This document shows, in pieces, positions 55,217 through 55,217 of a stretch of DNA of 55,217 nucleotides. Origin of the DNA: Actinomycetota bacterium (lineage in GTDB: Bacteria > Actinomycetota > Aquicultoria > JACQXZ01); contig JACQXZ010000064.1 of assembly GCA_016208465.1 (NCBI GenBank), positions 1 to 55,217 of the forward strand, given 5' to 3'. The stretch's first letter is position 1. Every line of letters begins with the position of its first letter. The position numbers were made by a program, and so were the translations under genes. The notes under the pieces were generated by a model that worked only from the letters and a program-made list of their open reading frames with translations, was not told the DNA's origin and made no database searches.

Positions 55217-55217
55217 C

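Overview
Low-G+C bacterial chromosome segment; the taxon cannot be assigned from sequence alone. It is almost entirely + strand and shows Firmicutes-like housekeeping synteny. Gene order: ispG-proS; rimP-nusA-ylxR-infB-DUF503-rbfA-nrnA-truB-ribF-rpsO-pnp-M16 peptidase-dapB-dapA-rnj; uppP-ftsK-yajQ-rimO-pgsA-cinA-thpR-recA. A ~6.5 kb block then separates recA from rny: a BglII-like type II R-M pair, a compositionally foreign ORF with a HEPN-type RxxxxH motif, a secreted protein, a CPBP protease, a GyrI-like protein and an SplB-like radical SAM enzyme. After it come rny-GHKL ATPase-spoVS-PHP-miaB, a LigB/AMMECR1 fusion, miaA-dapF, a GAF membrane protein, a receiver, dapL-hflX, REC-GGDEF, thioredoxin/CcdA and lexA (the only long minus-strand gene). 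The window ends in an accessory patch: a RAYT-like HUH transposase with inverted flanks, RHH-MazF and an IS fragment. It opens inside the 3' end of a group II intron. The main unexplained signal is non-coding. Nearly every intergenic spacer is filled with modular, nested, imperfectly palindromic word-like repeats (GTCACAAG, CAGAATACAGAA, GCGTAAGG, GTCATTGCGAG, C-run/G-run hairpins, AT-rich arms). These recur as 200-330 bp composite elements, supply terminator hairpins and ORF termini, and in one case sit in frame inside ccdA. Several housekeeping genes (infB, nrnA, dapF, cinA, truB) look internally deleted or truncated; this could be biology or misassembly.
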